DNA of 64,000 nucleotides, from assembly GCA_964504715.1 (NCBI GenBank), contig CAZDEP010000006.1:4748-68747 (forward strand). Direction: 5' to 3'. Position 1 is the stretch's first letter; every line of letters begins with the position of its first letter. The stretch is from an uncultured Candidatus Saccharibacteria bacterium (GTDB lineage Bacteria; Patescibacteriota; Doudnabacteria; UBA920). The notes under the pieces were generated by a model. The model was not told where the DNA came from. It made no database searches and saw only the letters and a program-made list of their open reading frames with translations. Position numbers and translations under genes: made by a program. Below are positions 1 through 8,775 of the stretch, piece after piece.

Positions 1-1
1 T

Positions 2-157
2 GAGGAAAAATGTTTGGCATTTGCACAGGAAAACGGGCTTTATAAAGTCGAAGCAGGCCTGCCTAAAGGTTGGTATCCAAAACCCGAGGAAGTAAATTGG
101 CAAAGGATAAAAAGAGCCGTTATTCTTTTTCAAAAGCGTGCTGATATCCGAGAATGA
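2..157 (+). CDS. 3' end of upstream gene, partial, product unknown
   Basis: Open frame entering from the window edge (...GLPKGWYPKPEEVNWQRIKRAVILFQKRADIRE*); no recognisable motif. Confidence 0.3.
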   Translation, partial: EEKCLAFAQENGLYKVEAGLPKGWYPKPEEVNWQRIKRAVILFQKRADIRE

Positions 158-164
158 ATATAAT

Positions 165-1028
165 ATGGACCTATCAATCGTAATTTTATCTTTTAATTCC
201 AACTCCGACTTAGAGCGGCTGCTGCCGAGCATTTTTGCGTCCGCGGGCGAATTTTCCTATGAGGTGATTGTTGTCGATAACGGCTCAACGGACGGCACGG
301 TTGACTCGCTTCAAAGATTGAAAGATTTAAAATATAAAGATTTAAAGATTATTGCCAACCAAAATAACGGCTTTTCGCATGGAAATAATTTGGGTATAAA
401 ACAGGCCCAAGGCAAATATATTTTAATTCTTAACCCGGATACGGAGCTAAAGCCCGAAACTTTGGAGGTGATGTTGGAATTTATGGAAGCCCATTCTGAT
501 GTCGGAATTAGCACTTGCAAGGTTATGCTGCCGGACGGCCGGCTGGATTTGGCATGCAGGCGCAGGTTCCCAAATCCCTGGAACAGTTTTAAGCGATTAT
601 TCCTTTTGTCGAATCGCGATTATAATTATGCCAATGCCGATGCGGATCGGGATATAGAAATTGAGAGCTGTATGGGTGCGTTTATGTTTGCCAGAAAATC
701 TGTACTTTTGCAAGTCGAGGGGTTTGATGAAGATTTTTTTATGTACGGAGAAGATTTGGATTTATGCTGGCGGGTAAAAGAGCTGGGCTTTAAGGTTTGG
801 TATTACCCTCAAACAACCATTACGCATTACAAAGGTTCTTCTTCCAAAAAAGTCCCATACAGTGCGCTTAAGTGGTTTCATGATGCAATGTGGATTTTTT
901 ATAAAAAGCATTACGGACGTCGCTATCCTTTTTGGTTTGGGTGGATGGTGTGGCTGGGAATTTATTTTCGATTGGTCGCTTTGTGGCTAATTAGTTTTCT
1001 TCGAAAGGAAAAATTTGTAAGCAAGTGA
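165..1028 (+). CDS. Family 2 glycosyltransferase
   Basis: N-terminal GT2 fold motifs (IVILSFNS..., VIVVDNGSTDGT, DxD-like EDLD); ATG at 165 inside the track ORF 138..1028. Confidence 0.8.
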   Translation: MDLSIVILSFNSNSDLERLLPSIFASAGEFSYEVIVVDNGSTDGTVDSLQRLKDLKYKDLKIIANQNNGFSHGNNLGIKQAQGKYILILNPDTELKPETLEVMLEFMEAHSDVGISTCKVMLPDGRLDLACRRRFPNPWNSFKRLFLLSNRDYNYANADADRDIEIESCMGAFMFARKSVLLQVEGFDEDFFMYGEDLDLCWRVKELGFKVWYYPQTTITHYKGSSSKKVPYSALKWFHDAMWIFYKKHYGRRYPFWFGWMVWLGIYFRLVALWLISFLRKEKFVSK

Positions 1029-1069
1029 GTAAATATGGTAAAATTATTATCTATCAATAATCTCAAAAC

Positions 1070-2335
1070 ATGAATAACAACTTGTCAGGCCCAATTCCGG
1101 AAGGCGGCGGCTCCACCAGGGGTGCATCAAAGAAAGTTTGGGCAATTTTTACATTCATCCTCATAATTGCAAGCTACAATTTGGGCCACAAAGCCGGCGA
1201 AAAAGGTTTTGTTTTAGAACCCAAAGAATTTAAGGTAATAAGCCGGAATGACGCGCCGCAGGCGGTAAACTATGGGCTTTTGTGGGACGCGATTAAAGTC
1301 GTCCAGGATAAATATATAGACAAAAAGCCCACGGATTTGGAATTCTTGTACGGAGCCGCCCGCGGCGCCGTGGCCTCCACCGGCGACCCTTACACTTCTT
1401 TTTTCCCGCCCAAGGAACTGCAAAGTTTTAAGACGGATTTGGCCGGGGAGTTTGACGGCATTGGGGCGGAAATTGGCAAAAAGGACGGGAATATTGTTGT
1501 TGTTGCCCCTTTGGAAGATTCGCCCGCGCAAAAGGCGGGGCTTAAAGCTCAGGATATTGTTTACAAGGTGGACGGGCAGGTAGTTTTAGACTGGACAGTG
1601 GAAGACGCAGTATCAAAAATCCGCGGTAAAAAAGGTACACAGGTAACTTTAACTCTGGTTCGGCAGGGCAAGAGCGAGCCGTTTGACGTAGTAATCACGC
1701 GCGACAAAATTGAAATCAAAAGCGTAAAATGGCAATTTAAGGAAGTCGACAGCAACGGCGTTAAAAAAACCGTTGCGGTTTTAAGCATCTCCAAATTCGG
1801 TGACGATACGGAAGGGCTGTTTGCAAAAGCGGTAAACGAAATCTTGAGCCGTAAAGTAGACGGCATAATTGTAGATTTGCGGAACAACCCGGGCGGATAT
1901 TTGCAGACTTCGGTTGAATTGGCCTCCGAATGGGTAAAACAGGGAGATGTGGTTGTGACCGAAGCCAGAAGCTCGGGGGAAAACCAGGTTTATAAAGCTT
2001 CAGGCAATAACCGGTTGGCTTCTATTCCCACCGTTATCCTTATAAATGGCGGCAGCGCCTCGGCATCGGAAATTTTTTCCGGCGCTTTGCACGACCACAG
2101 TTTGGCAAAGCTGGTGGGTGAAAAATCATTCGGCAAAGGCAGCGTGCAGGAACTGGTGGAATTGCCCGAAGGCGGCGCGGTAAAGGTTACCATTGCCAAA
2201 TGGATTACCCCCGGCGGCAAGAATTTAAACAAAGACGGCTTGGTCCCCGACGTGGAAGTAAAGTTTACCGACCAGGATTTAGCGGCGGGCAAGGACCCGC
2301 AAATGGAGAAAGCTTTGGAAGAAATAACCAAATAG
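1070..2335 (+). CDS. ctpA: Carboxyl-terminal processing protease (S41 peptidase with PDZ domain)
   Basis: PDZ segment (GIGAEIGKKDGNIVVVAPLEDSPAQKAGLKAQDIV), S41 catalytic motifs (DLRNNPGGYL, GSASASEIF) and an N-terminal membrane anchor. Confidence 0.85.
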   Translation: MNNNLSGPIPEGGGSTRGASKKVWAIFTFILIIASYNLGHKAGEKGFVLEPKEFKVISRNDAPQAVNYGLLWDAIKVVQDKYIDKKPTDLEFLYGAARGAVASTGDPYTSFFPPKELQSFKTDLAGEFDGIGAEIGKKDGNIVVVAPLEDSPAQKAGLKAQDIVYKVDGQVVLDWTVEDAVSKIRGKKGTQVTLTLVRQGKSEPFDVVITRDKIEIKSVKWQFKEVDSNGVKKTVAVLSISKFGDDTEGLFAKAVNEILSRKVDGIIVDLRNNPGGYLQTSVELASEWVKQGDVVVTEARSSGENQVYKASGNNRLASIPTVILINGGSASASEIFSGALHDHSLAKLVGEKSFGKGSVQELVELPEGGAVKVTIAKWITPGGKNLNKDGLVPDVEVKFTDQDLAAGKDPQMEKALEEITK

Positions 2336-2411
2336 ATCACAAATACACGAATACCACCAATATCACTAATCTGATATTTGTGCAATTTGTGCAATTTGTG
2401 CATTAGTGATC
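2336..2411. repeat. Imperfect inverted repeat built from tandem 9-bp CACNAAT units (locus A)
   Basis: Left arm atcacaaat acacgaata ccaccaata tcactaat; right arm atttgtgca atttgtgca atttgtgca ttagtgatc. Arms pair at the conserved cac/aat positions of every unit. Confidence 0.8.
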
Positions 2412-2413
2412 TT

Positions 2414-4201
2414 ATGAAAATAACAGCGCAAGAGCTTAGGGAAAAATTTCTTAATTTCTTTAAGTCAAAAAAACACGCCATCATCCCTTCGGCTTCTTTA
2501 GTGCCTTCAGGAGACGCTTCGGTTTTGTTTACTACTGCTGGCATGCATCCGCTGGTGCCGTTTTTGCTTGGCCAGGAGCATCCGGCAGGGAAACGCGTAG
2601 CCAACGTCCAAAAGTGCATAAGAACAGGCGATATAGACGAAGTGGGGGACGCAACCCATCTGACTTTTTTTGAAATGATGGGCAATTGGAGCTTTGGCGA
2701 TTATTTTAAAAAAGAAGCGATTGAGTGGAGCTTTGAATTCTTGACCTCCCCTGAGTATTTAGGTTTGCCTTTGGAGCGTCTCGCTATAACCTGTTTTGCG
2801 GGCGACGAAGATGCGCCAAGGGACGAAGAATCATCCGCAATCTGGAAAGCTTTGGGTGTGCCGGAACACCGAATTAGCTTTTTGCCGAAGGAAAAAAATT
2901 GGTGGATAGCCGGCGGCAGCGGACCATGCGGCCCTGACACCGAAATGCATTACTGGATAGACGATTCCACGCCTGCGCCCAAGGAATACGACGTTAACGA
3001 ATCGCGCTGGGTGGAAATTTGGAACGATGTCTTCATGCAGTATGAAAAAAAACCCACCGGCGAATTGGTGCCGTTAAAGCAGCAAAATGTGGATACGGGC
3101 ATGGGCTTAGACAGGGTTTTGGCCGTGTTGAACGGCCAGACTTCGGTTTACGATACTGACTTGTTTAAGCCAATGTGGGAGGTAATAGGTTTGGGCAATG
3201 AAATACTGTCAAACGACGAAATAAAAAAAGCCCGGATTATTTTGGACCATATCCGCGCCGCTGTGTTTATTGTAGGGGACGGCATTGAGCCTTCCAACAA
3301 GGACCGCGGCTATGTTTTAAGACGGCTTTTAAGGCGCGCTATGGTTATGGCCAGGCTTTTGAATTTGCAGTCAACCTGGCTTAAGGCATTGGTGGGGCAG
3401 GTGATATTTACCTATTCATCGCCATATACAGAGCTACGCGATAACAATGAAAAGATTTTCAATGTAATTGAAAATGAGTATGGTAAGTTTAATACAACAC
3501 TGGAAAAAGGTTTGAAGGAGTTTGCCAGGATAAGTAAGCAGTACGCAGAGGACAGCAAGCAGTTGAATGGTAAAGATGCGTTTGATTTGTATCAAACTTA
3601 CGGTTTCCCGTGGGAATTGACCAAAGAATTGGCTGAGGCTGCGGGGCAAAAAATTGACAAGGCCCAGTTTGAAGAAGAATTTAAAAAGCACCAGGACTTG
3701 TCCAGGACAGCCAGCGCCGGGCAGTTTAAAGGCGGTTTGGCCTCTCATAGTGAAAAGATTGTCAGACTCCATACTGCCACGCATTTAATGAACGCGGCCT
3801 TAAGGCAGGTGCTGGGGGAAAATATTTGGCAAAAGGGGAGTAACATTACCGAAGAGAGGACTCGTTTTGATTTTACCCACGACAAAAAAATGACGTCTGA
3901 GGAAGTTGCGGCCGTGGAAGCTTTGGTTAACGATTGGGTGGCAAGGGACTTAAAAGTCAAACGGGAAATGATGCCCCAGGAGGCCGCGCGAGAGCTTGGA
4001 GCCATCGGCGTGTTTGGTGAAAAATACTCAGACACCGTTTCTATTTATACCGTTTTTGACGAAAAAACCGGGGAAGTCATCTCCCGCGAGTTTTGCGGCG
4101 GCCCTCACGTAGAACATACCGGCGTAATCGGCCAGTTTAAAATCCAAAAGGAAGAGGCTTCTTCCGCAGGCATTAGAAGAATTAAAGCAACAATTATATA
4201 A
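2414..4201 (+). CDS. alaS: Alanine--tRNA ligase, short form lacking the C-terminal C-Ala domain
   Basis: Class II AlaRS catalytic core (FTTAGMHPLVPF, FFEMMGNWSFGDYFK) and editing-domain HxxxH (HTATHLMNAA ... CGGPHVEHTG). The protein is about 596 aa versus about 870 aa for typical AlaRS. ATG at 2414 inside track ORF 2378..4201. Confidence 0.85.
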   Translation: MKITAQELREKFLNFFKSKKHAIIPSASLVPSGDASVLFTTAGMHPLVPFLLGQEHPAGKRVANVQKCIRTGDIDEVGDATHLTFFEMMGNWSFGDYFKKEAIEWSFEFLTSPEYLGLPLERLAITCFAGDEDAPRDEESSAIWKALGVPEHRISFLPKEKNWWIAGGSGPCGPDTEMHYWIDDSTPAPKEYDVNESRWVEIWNDVFMQYEKKPTGELVPLKQQNVDTGMGLDRVLAVLNGQTSVYDTDLFKPMWEVIGLGNEILSNDEIKKARIILDHIRAAVFIVGDGIEPSNKDRGYVLRRLLRRAMVMARLLNLQSTWLKALVGQVIFTYSSPYTELRDNNEKIFNVIENEYGKFNTTLEKGLKEFARISKQYAEDSKQLNGKDAFDLYQTYGFPWELTKELAEAAGQKIDKAQFEEEFKKHQDLSRTASAGQFKGGLASHSEKIVRLHTATHLMNAALRQVLGENIWQKGSNITEERTRFDFTHDKKMTSEEVAAVEALVNDWVARDLKVKREMMPQEAARELGAIGVFGEKYSDTVSIYTVFDEKTGEVISREFCGGPHVEHTGVIGQFKIQKEEASSAGIRRIKATII

Positions 4202-4202
4202 T

Positions 4203-4589
4203 ATGGACGAAAGATTAGAACAATGGAAAGGGGAATATGGCGCGGGCCACAGCAAAGAATTTTTAAAGCGCGCCTATATTACTATTGACTCCCAGGCGCG
4301 GTCGCTTAGGATTCACCCCGAATATGTTTTAAAGGCCCTTGAGGGTTTGACCTTAAAACTGGACCCAACTATGCCTGAAAGCGAACCGGGGGATCTGGTG
4401 TATAAGGGAAACTATGCGGATATAATCCGCGCAAAGTCTCCGGACACTTACAGGGTACAAAGAAAAGATTTTTTTGACGCAGTGAAAAAACACTGTCCGG
4501 AAATTGAGCCGTATTTTGCCAAATTTATTATGCCCGACATAGATGTAATAGTATTTAATAAAGACGCAATACAAAGTATTGTCGATTAG
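4203..4589 (+). CDS. Hypothetical protein
   Basis: 128-aa ORF tightly packed between alaS and pgi; no recognisable motif. Confidence 0.4.
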   Translation: MDERLEQWKGEYGAGHSKEFLKRAYITIDSQARSLRIHPEYVLKALEGLTLKLDPTMPESEPGDLVYKGNYADIIRAKSPDTYRVQRKDFFDAVKKHCPEIEPYFAKFIMPDIDVIVFNKDAIQSIVD

Positions 4590-4592
4590 CTT

Positions 4593-5759
4593 ATGAAACT
4601 GGAATTTTACAACTGTCCTCCACCCAGCGATTTTAATCCTGCAATTTTACCGCCGCCACCGGAGTTTTTAAGTTATGTTCCGGATTTTAAATTCCTGGAA
4701 GATTTTGCCCGGGCTTACGAGAATTTTAAAAACGTTTTAGTCATTGGCCACGGCGGCAGCATTACCAGTTTTTACGGTTTTTACAACGCGCTAAAGCCTT
4801 TTGCCACTAAGCCCGCTTATTTTTTAAATTCCGTAGACCCGGTTTATATTTCGGAATTAAAATCCTCTTTAAAGAAAGAAGACACTCTGGTGGTGTGCAT
4901 TTCCAAATCCGGCGACAATATTACACTCATCGAAATGTTTTCCCAATTTTTAGACTACACGAGCGTGGTTATTACCGGCAAAGCCAGTCCTTTGAGGGCC
5001 ATGGCGGAAAAGTTAAAAATAAAAGTTATCACCCATCCGCCAATAGGCGGTCGCTACACGGGTTTGACGGAAATTGCCCTGCTGCCGGCTTTGCTTACAG
5101 GGCTCGACGCCGAGGCAATATACCAGGGCGCGGAAAAAATGTATCAAAATTACTCTTCCAACAACTTAGCCTGGAAAGCTGCCTCAATATTTTACGAACT
5201 TGAAAAAAAAGGTTATGCCGATGTCTTTATGCCGTTTTACAGCCACAGTTTGTTTTTTATGAGCAATTTAATAGTACAGTTGTGCCACGAAAGTTTCGGC
5301 AAAGCCGGCAAAGGCCAAACTTATTTTGCCCACGAGGCGCCGGAAAGCCAACATCACACTAACCAAAGGTTTTTTGGCGGCCCCAAAAATATTTGCGGTT
5401 TCTTTACTTCCGTAGAACATTACGACCAGGATTTATCTGCCGTCTACCCGCCCCATACCCACAGCGTACAAATAAAGGGGCATGCCTTGTTTGATATCAA
5501 TAAAATCCCTTTGGCTGAATCTATGCGAGCCGAGCTTTTGGGTACGATGGAAGACGCCCGAATAAATTCCATCCCTCTTGCCCATTTGAGCGTTTTTGCC
5601 GTTACTGCCGACGAAATTGGCCAGCTCACAGCTTTTTGGCAGCTGTATGCGGTTTATTCATCTCTTCTTAGGGGTGTGGACCCCTTTGACCAGCCACAGG
5701 TGGAAAACAGCAAAAAGATTAGCTTTAATAAGAGGCTGCAGTACAAAGGGTTGCTATAA
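4593..5759 (+). CDS. pgi: Glucose-6-phosphate isomerase, short SIS-domain type
   Basis: SIS/PGI motifs VLVIGHGGSITSFYGF and LVVCISKSGDNITLIE; about 390 aa, as in archaeal/CPR-type PGI. Confidence 0.55.
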   Translation: MKLEFYNCPPPSDFNPAILPPPPEFLSYVPDFKFLEDFARAYENFKNVLVIGHGGSITSFYGFYNALKPFATKPAYFLNSVDPVYISELKSSLKKEDTLVVCISKSGDNITLIEMFSQFLDYTSVVITGKASPLRAMAEKLKIKVITHPPIGGRYTGLTEIALLPALLTGLDAEAIYQGAEKMYQNYSSNNLAWKAASIFYELEKKGYADVFMPFYSHSLFFMSNLIVQLCHESFGKAGKGQTYFAHEAPESQHHTNQRFFGGPKNICGFFTSVEHYDQDLSAVYPPHTHSVQIKGHALFDINKIPLAESMRAELLGTMEDARINSIPLAHLSVFAVTADEIGQLTAFWQLYAVYSSLLRGVDPFDQPQVENSKKISFNKRLQYKGLL

Positions 5760-5789
5760 TCACGCAAATCGCCTAAAATAACGGCGGAA

Positions 5790-5893
5790 TGTCAAATCCC
5801 AAATATCAAATATCAAATGAAATCCAAATGCCAAAAGGTTAAAGTTTGCAGGTTTGGAGGTATTTGAAATTTGTCATTTGTAATTTGAAATTT
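5790..5893. repeat. Imperfect inverted repeat of tandem 7-bp CAAATNN units (locus C)
   Basis: Left arm gtcaaatcc caaatat caaatat caaatgaaatc caaatgc; right arm tttggaggt atttgaa atttgtc atttgta atttgaa attt. It directly abuts the start codon of the next gene. Confidence 0.75.
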
Positions 5894-5895
5894 TT

Positions 5896-7647
5896 ATGAT
5901 CCCCAGTATATACATAAACTTGGATGATGACGTCGCGCGAGTAGTTGCGAGGCTCAAGAAAACCCAGGCTGACAAGCTGGTTTTGGTTTGTCCCAAAAGG
6001 TGTCAGCTTTTTTCAGACAGCATAAATTTAAGGCTGCTTAAAAAACAGACCGACTTCCTCAAAAAAGAAGTTTATATTTTAACCATGGACGAGCGCGGCC
6101 AGCTTTATGCCAAAGAAGCGGGCTTTGGGCTTAAGTTTTTACCTAAAGGGAAAAACCCTTCGGCCTTTTCGGATATCCAGGTTCAGCATAAGCCGACTGC
6201 AGTTGAGCCCAAGGAATTTGGCGCAGCTTTGGCTGACAAAGTTAAAGAAGCAAAGAATTTTGTAAGCGAATTAGTCGCGTTGCCCAAAACTCAAACCCCT
6301 AAGCGAACGGAATTTAAAACCCAAGACCCGGCTAACTCAACAGCCAAAACGAGAAGCAATTTAAAGAAACCTTTGGCTCGTGCGCCTAAAATTTCCGAAG
6401 ATTTAATGCTTCCTAAAAACAGCGTTGCGAACGAGTTTTTTGAGCATTCCGCCAGTTATCCCGCCGAAGAGTCGGAAAATATAAAAAAGCCAGGTCGGCG
6501 TTGGCTCTTTAGTTTAAGCCTGGCTGCATCCCTGATTGTCGTTATGGCCTTAATTTTTGTGGTTTTACCGGCGGCCGCAGTAGATGTCTATCCTAAAACT
6601 GAACCTGTAACCCGGGATTTTGACGTGAGTTTGGACCTTAACGCCAAGCAAGCTGATGAGACCCGGTTGGTTTTGCCTGCGTCAAAAGTCGAGCAAACGC
6701 TGGAAACCTCGGCAAAATTCCAGAGTCAGGGCAAAAAAGACGTGGGAGCAAAGTCGGCCGGTTCGGTAATAATATATAATTTTACGGGACAAATATTAAA
6801 CTTGAAGGCTGCCACCACGGTAATTTCGGCTGGCAATAAAACTTATACCTTGGCTGAAGACGCCATGCAGATTAAGCCCACCAAGTACAAAAACGCGGTA
6901 ACCAAGGAAATTGACCCCGCCAGCTTAAACAGCCCTTTTGAAATTTTGGCGCAGGCCGCGGGGGAAGATTCGAATTTGCCCGCCGGCGTTAGGATGGAAA
7001 TAGCCAACCAAGTGTTCGGAAGCCGGCCGCAATTGGTATACGCAAAAACCGAAACACCGGTAAGCGGAGGGACTTCCAGGTTTTTATCGCTGGTTTCGGA
7101 AGGCGATTTGGCGGCGGCACAGGACCAGCTGGGCAAAAACCTGCTTTCCCAAGTTCAGCAGGCGTTGTCGGCAAGCCGTCAGCAATTAACTGAAAATTCT
7201 TACCGGCTGGAAGTTTTATCCTTTACGGCCGATAAGCAGGTTGGCACCGAAAGTCCGAGCTTCAACGCCACCCTCAAAGCCAAAGTTGTAGGCTTGGCTT
7301 TTTCTGAAGAAATGCTAAAAGAGTTGTTGGCCAAAAGAATCGGCCAAAATTTGTCGGAAAACCGCAAGCTAAGTTTGGGTAAAGATTTCAGCATGACTTA
7401 TAAAATTAAAACCGTGGATTTAAATATTCCTTCTGCTGTTTTGAGCGTGCATTTTGAGGGGAAAACCCAAATGAAGGTGGAAACTCAAAAATTGCCGGAA
7501 AGTTTGTTGGGCAAAACCAAGAATCAGGCCCGCGACGTTTTGGAATCCATGCCGGAAATTGAACGTGTAGATGTTACTTTAAGCCCGTCATGGCAAAAAA
7601 ACTTTCCCTGGTTTGTGGGAAAAATAAAAGTTAAGGTTATAGAATAA
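5896..7647 (+). CDS. Hypothetical single-pass membrane protein (583 aa)
   Basis: Long ORF with an internal hydrophobic helix (LFSLSLAASLIVVMALIFVVLPAAAV); no recognisable catalytic motif. Confidence 0.5.
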   Translation: MIPSIYINLDDDVARVVARLKKTQADKLVLVCPKRCQLFSDSINLRLLKKQTDFLKKEVYILTMDERGQLYAKEAGFGLKFLPKGKNPSAFSDIQVQHKPTAVEPKEFGAALADKVKEAKNFVSELVALPKTQTPKRTEFKTQDPANSTAKTRSNLKKPLARAPKISEDLMLPKNSVANEFFEHSASYPAEESENIKKPGRRWLFSLSLAASLIVVMALIFVVLPAAAVDVYPKTEPVTRDFDVSLDLNAKQADETRLVLPASKVEQTLETSAKFQSQGKKDVGAKSAGSVIIYNFTGQILNLKAATTVISAGNKTYTLAEDAMQIKPTKYKNAVTKEIDPASLNSPFEILAQAAGEDSNLPAGVRMEIANQVFGSRPQLVYAKTETPVSGGTSRFLSLVSEGDLAAAQDQLGKNLLSQVQQALSASRQQLTENSYRLEVLSFTADKQVGTESPSFNATLKAKVVGLAFSEEMLKELLAKRIGQNLSENRKLSLGKDFSMTYKIKTVDLNIPSAVLSVHFEGKTQMKVETQKLPESLLGKTKNQARDVLESMPEIERVDVTLSPSWQKNFPWFVGKIKVKVIE

Positions 7648-7733
7648 TTTTTTCCTTTTATTTATGAGGTTTTTTGCTTGCCTCCATTTAGTTGACAAAA
7701 AAACTTTAATGTTATAGACTTATTGAAGTTTTA

Positions 7734-7997
7734 ATGGAGAAAGATATTAATACTAGCACTCAAGACTTTAGGAAGTCTTCCCAAAAAAAGGATATAATAG
7801 AGCTTGAGGGCAAGGTCGTTGAGAACTTGCCTAATGCTGTTTTTCGTGTCCAACTACAGTCGGGGCAGGTTGTTTTGGGGCATTTGTCGGGGAAGATGAG
7901 GGTAAATATGATCAAAGTTTTACCCGGCGACAAAGTTATTATTGAAATGACCCCCTACGATTTAAGCAAGGGGAGAATTACCAGAAGATTAAGATAG
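7734..7997 (+). CDS. infA: Translation initiation factor IF-1
   Basis: S1-like IF-1 signature ([20 protein letters not shown] ... [30 protein letters not shown]). Confidence 0.85.
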   Translation: MEKDINTSTQDFRKSSQKKDIIELEGKVVENLPNAVFRVQLQSGQVVLGHLSGKMRVNMIKVLPGDKVIIEMTPYDLSKGRITRRLR

Positions 7998-8099
7998 ATC
8001 GCAAATTCACCAATACCACAAATAGCACTAATTTTTTTCAAAAATAGAGATCTGAAATTAGTATTTGTGGAATTTGTGAAATTTGTGCATTAGTGATCA
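7998..8099. repeat. Imperfect inverted repeat of 9-bp CACNAAT units (locus B)
   Basis: Left arm atcgcaaat tcaccaata ccacaaata gcactaat; right arm attagtatt tgtggaatt tgtgaaatt tgtgcatta gtgatcac. It ends 3 nt before the rpmJ ATG. Confidence 0.8.
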
Positions 8100-8102
8100 C
8101 CT

Positions 8103-8216
8103 ATGAAAGTAAGAGCATCAGTCAAGCCAATTTGTAAAAAATGCAAAGTAATAAAACGCTTTGGCAGGATTTATATTATTTGCGAAAATCCAAAGCATAA
8201 GCAGAGACAAGGCTGA
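8103..8216 (+). CDS. rpmJ: 50S ribosomal protein L36
   Basis: 37-aa [40 protein letters not shown] with the CxxC...C...H zinc ribbon; below the size cut-off of the ORF track. Confidence 0.85.
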   Translation: MKVRASVKPICKKCKVIKRFGRIYIICENPKHKQRQG

Positions 8217-8229
8217 TAAACTGACAAGA

Positions 8230-8275
8230 TTGACAAAATTGAACAAAAATAAACCGCAGTCAAAATTTTGTCAAT
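8230..8275 (+). promoter_or_regulatory. 11-bp inverted repeat (ttgacaaaatt / aattttgtcaa) in the rpsM leader, candidate S4 translational operator or promoter element
   Basis: Perfect 11-bp arms flanking a 22-nt loop immediately upstream of the first gene of the alpha operon. Confidence 0.35.
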
Positions 8276-8310
8276 TTAATTTAAATTTTTAAATTTTGTT
8301 CAATTAAATT

Positions 8311-8700
8311 ATGGCTAGAATTGCTGGAATAAACATCCCCAACGAAAAAAGAATTGAAGCGGCTTTGCCGTACATTTATGGCGTCGGTTTGCCGCTCGCC
8401 AAAAAAATTCTTTCCGCGACAAACGTTGATCCTAACAAAAGGACCAAAGATTTAAGCGAAACCGAAGTCAACCGTATACGCGAATATATTGAAAAGAATT
8501 TTAAAGTGGAAGGTGAGCTTAAGCAGCAAGTCCTGTTGAATATAAAAAGGCTCAAAGAAACCGGTTCTTATCGAGGTTTACGGCACATAAGAGGCCTTCC
8601 GGTTAGGGGCCAGCGGACCAAAACCAATTCCCGCACCCGCAGGGGTAACGTAAGAAAAACAGCCGGGTCGGGTAGGAAAAACGCGTCGGAGAAAACCTAA
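8311..8700 (+). CDS. rpsM: 30S ribosomal protein S13
   Basis: [26 protein letters not shown]... Confidence 0.95.
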   Translation: MARIAGINIPNEKRIEAALPYIYGVGLPLAKKILSATNVDPNKRTKDLSETEVNRIREYIEKNFKVEGELKQQVLLNIKRLKETGSYRGLRHIRGLPVRGQRTKTNSRTRRGNVRKTAGSGRKNASEKT

Positions 8701-8775
8701 TCAAAATTACAAATTAACAATATAACAAAATAACATGTTATATTGCTATCTTGTTTAATTGTTAAATTAAATTAA

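Noticed and set aside
2200-2406. Track ORF 2200..2406 (+) spanning the ctpA 3' end and repeat locus A
   Set aside because: Out of frame with ctpA. Its C-terminus is a translation of the CACNAAT repeat (ITNLIFVQFVQFVH), so it is not a gene.
4593-5759. Alternative call of the 388-aa SIS protein as a phosphosugar isomerase of another specificity (e.g. GmhA/KpsF) rather than PGI
   Set aside because: Spacing of the GHGGS and ISKSG motifs and the roughly 390-aa length fit short archaeal-type PGI better. Kept as pgi with moderate confidence only.
2336-8099. Could the short tandem-repeat loci be CRISPR arrays?
   Set aside because: Units are 7-9 bp with no unique spacers. They are arranged as inverted arms, not direct repeats of 28-37 bp. 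No cas genes are present in the window.
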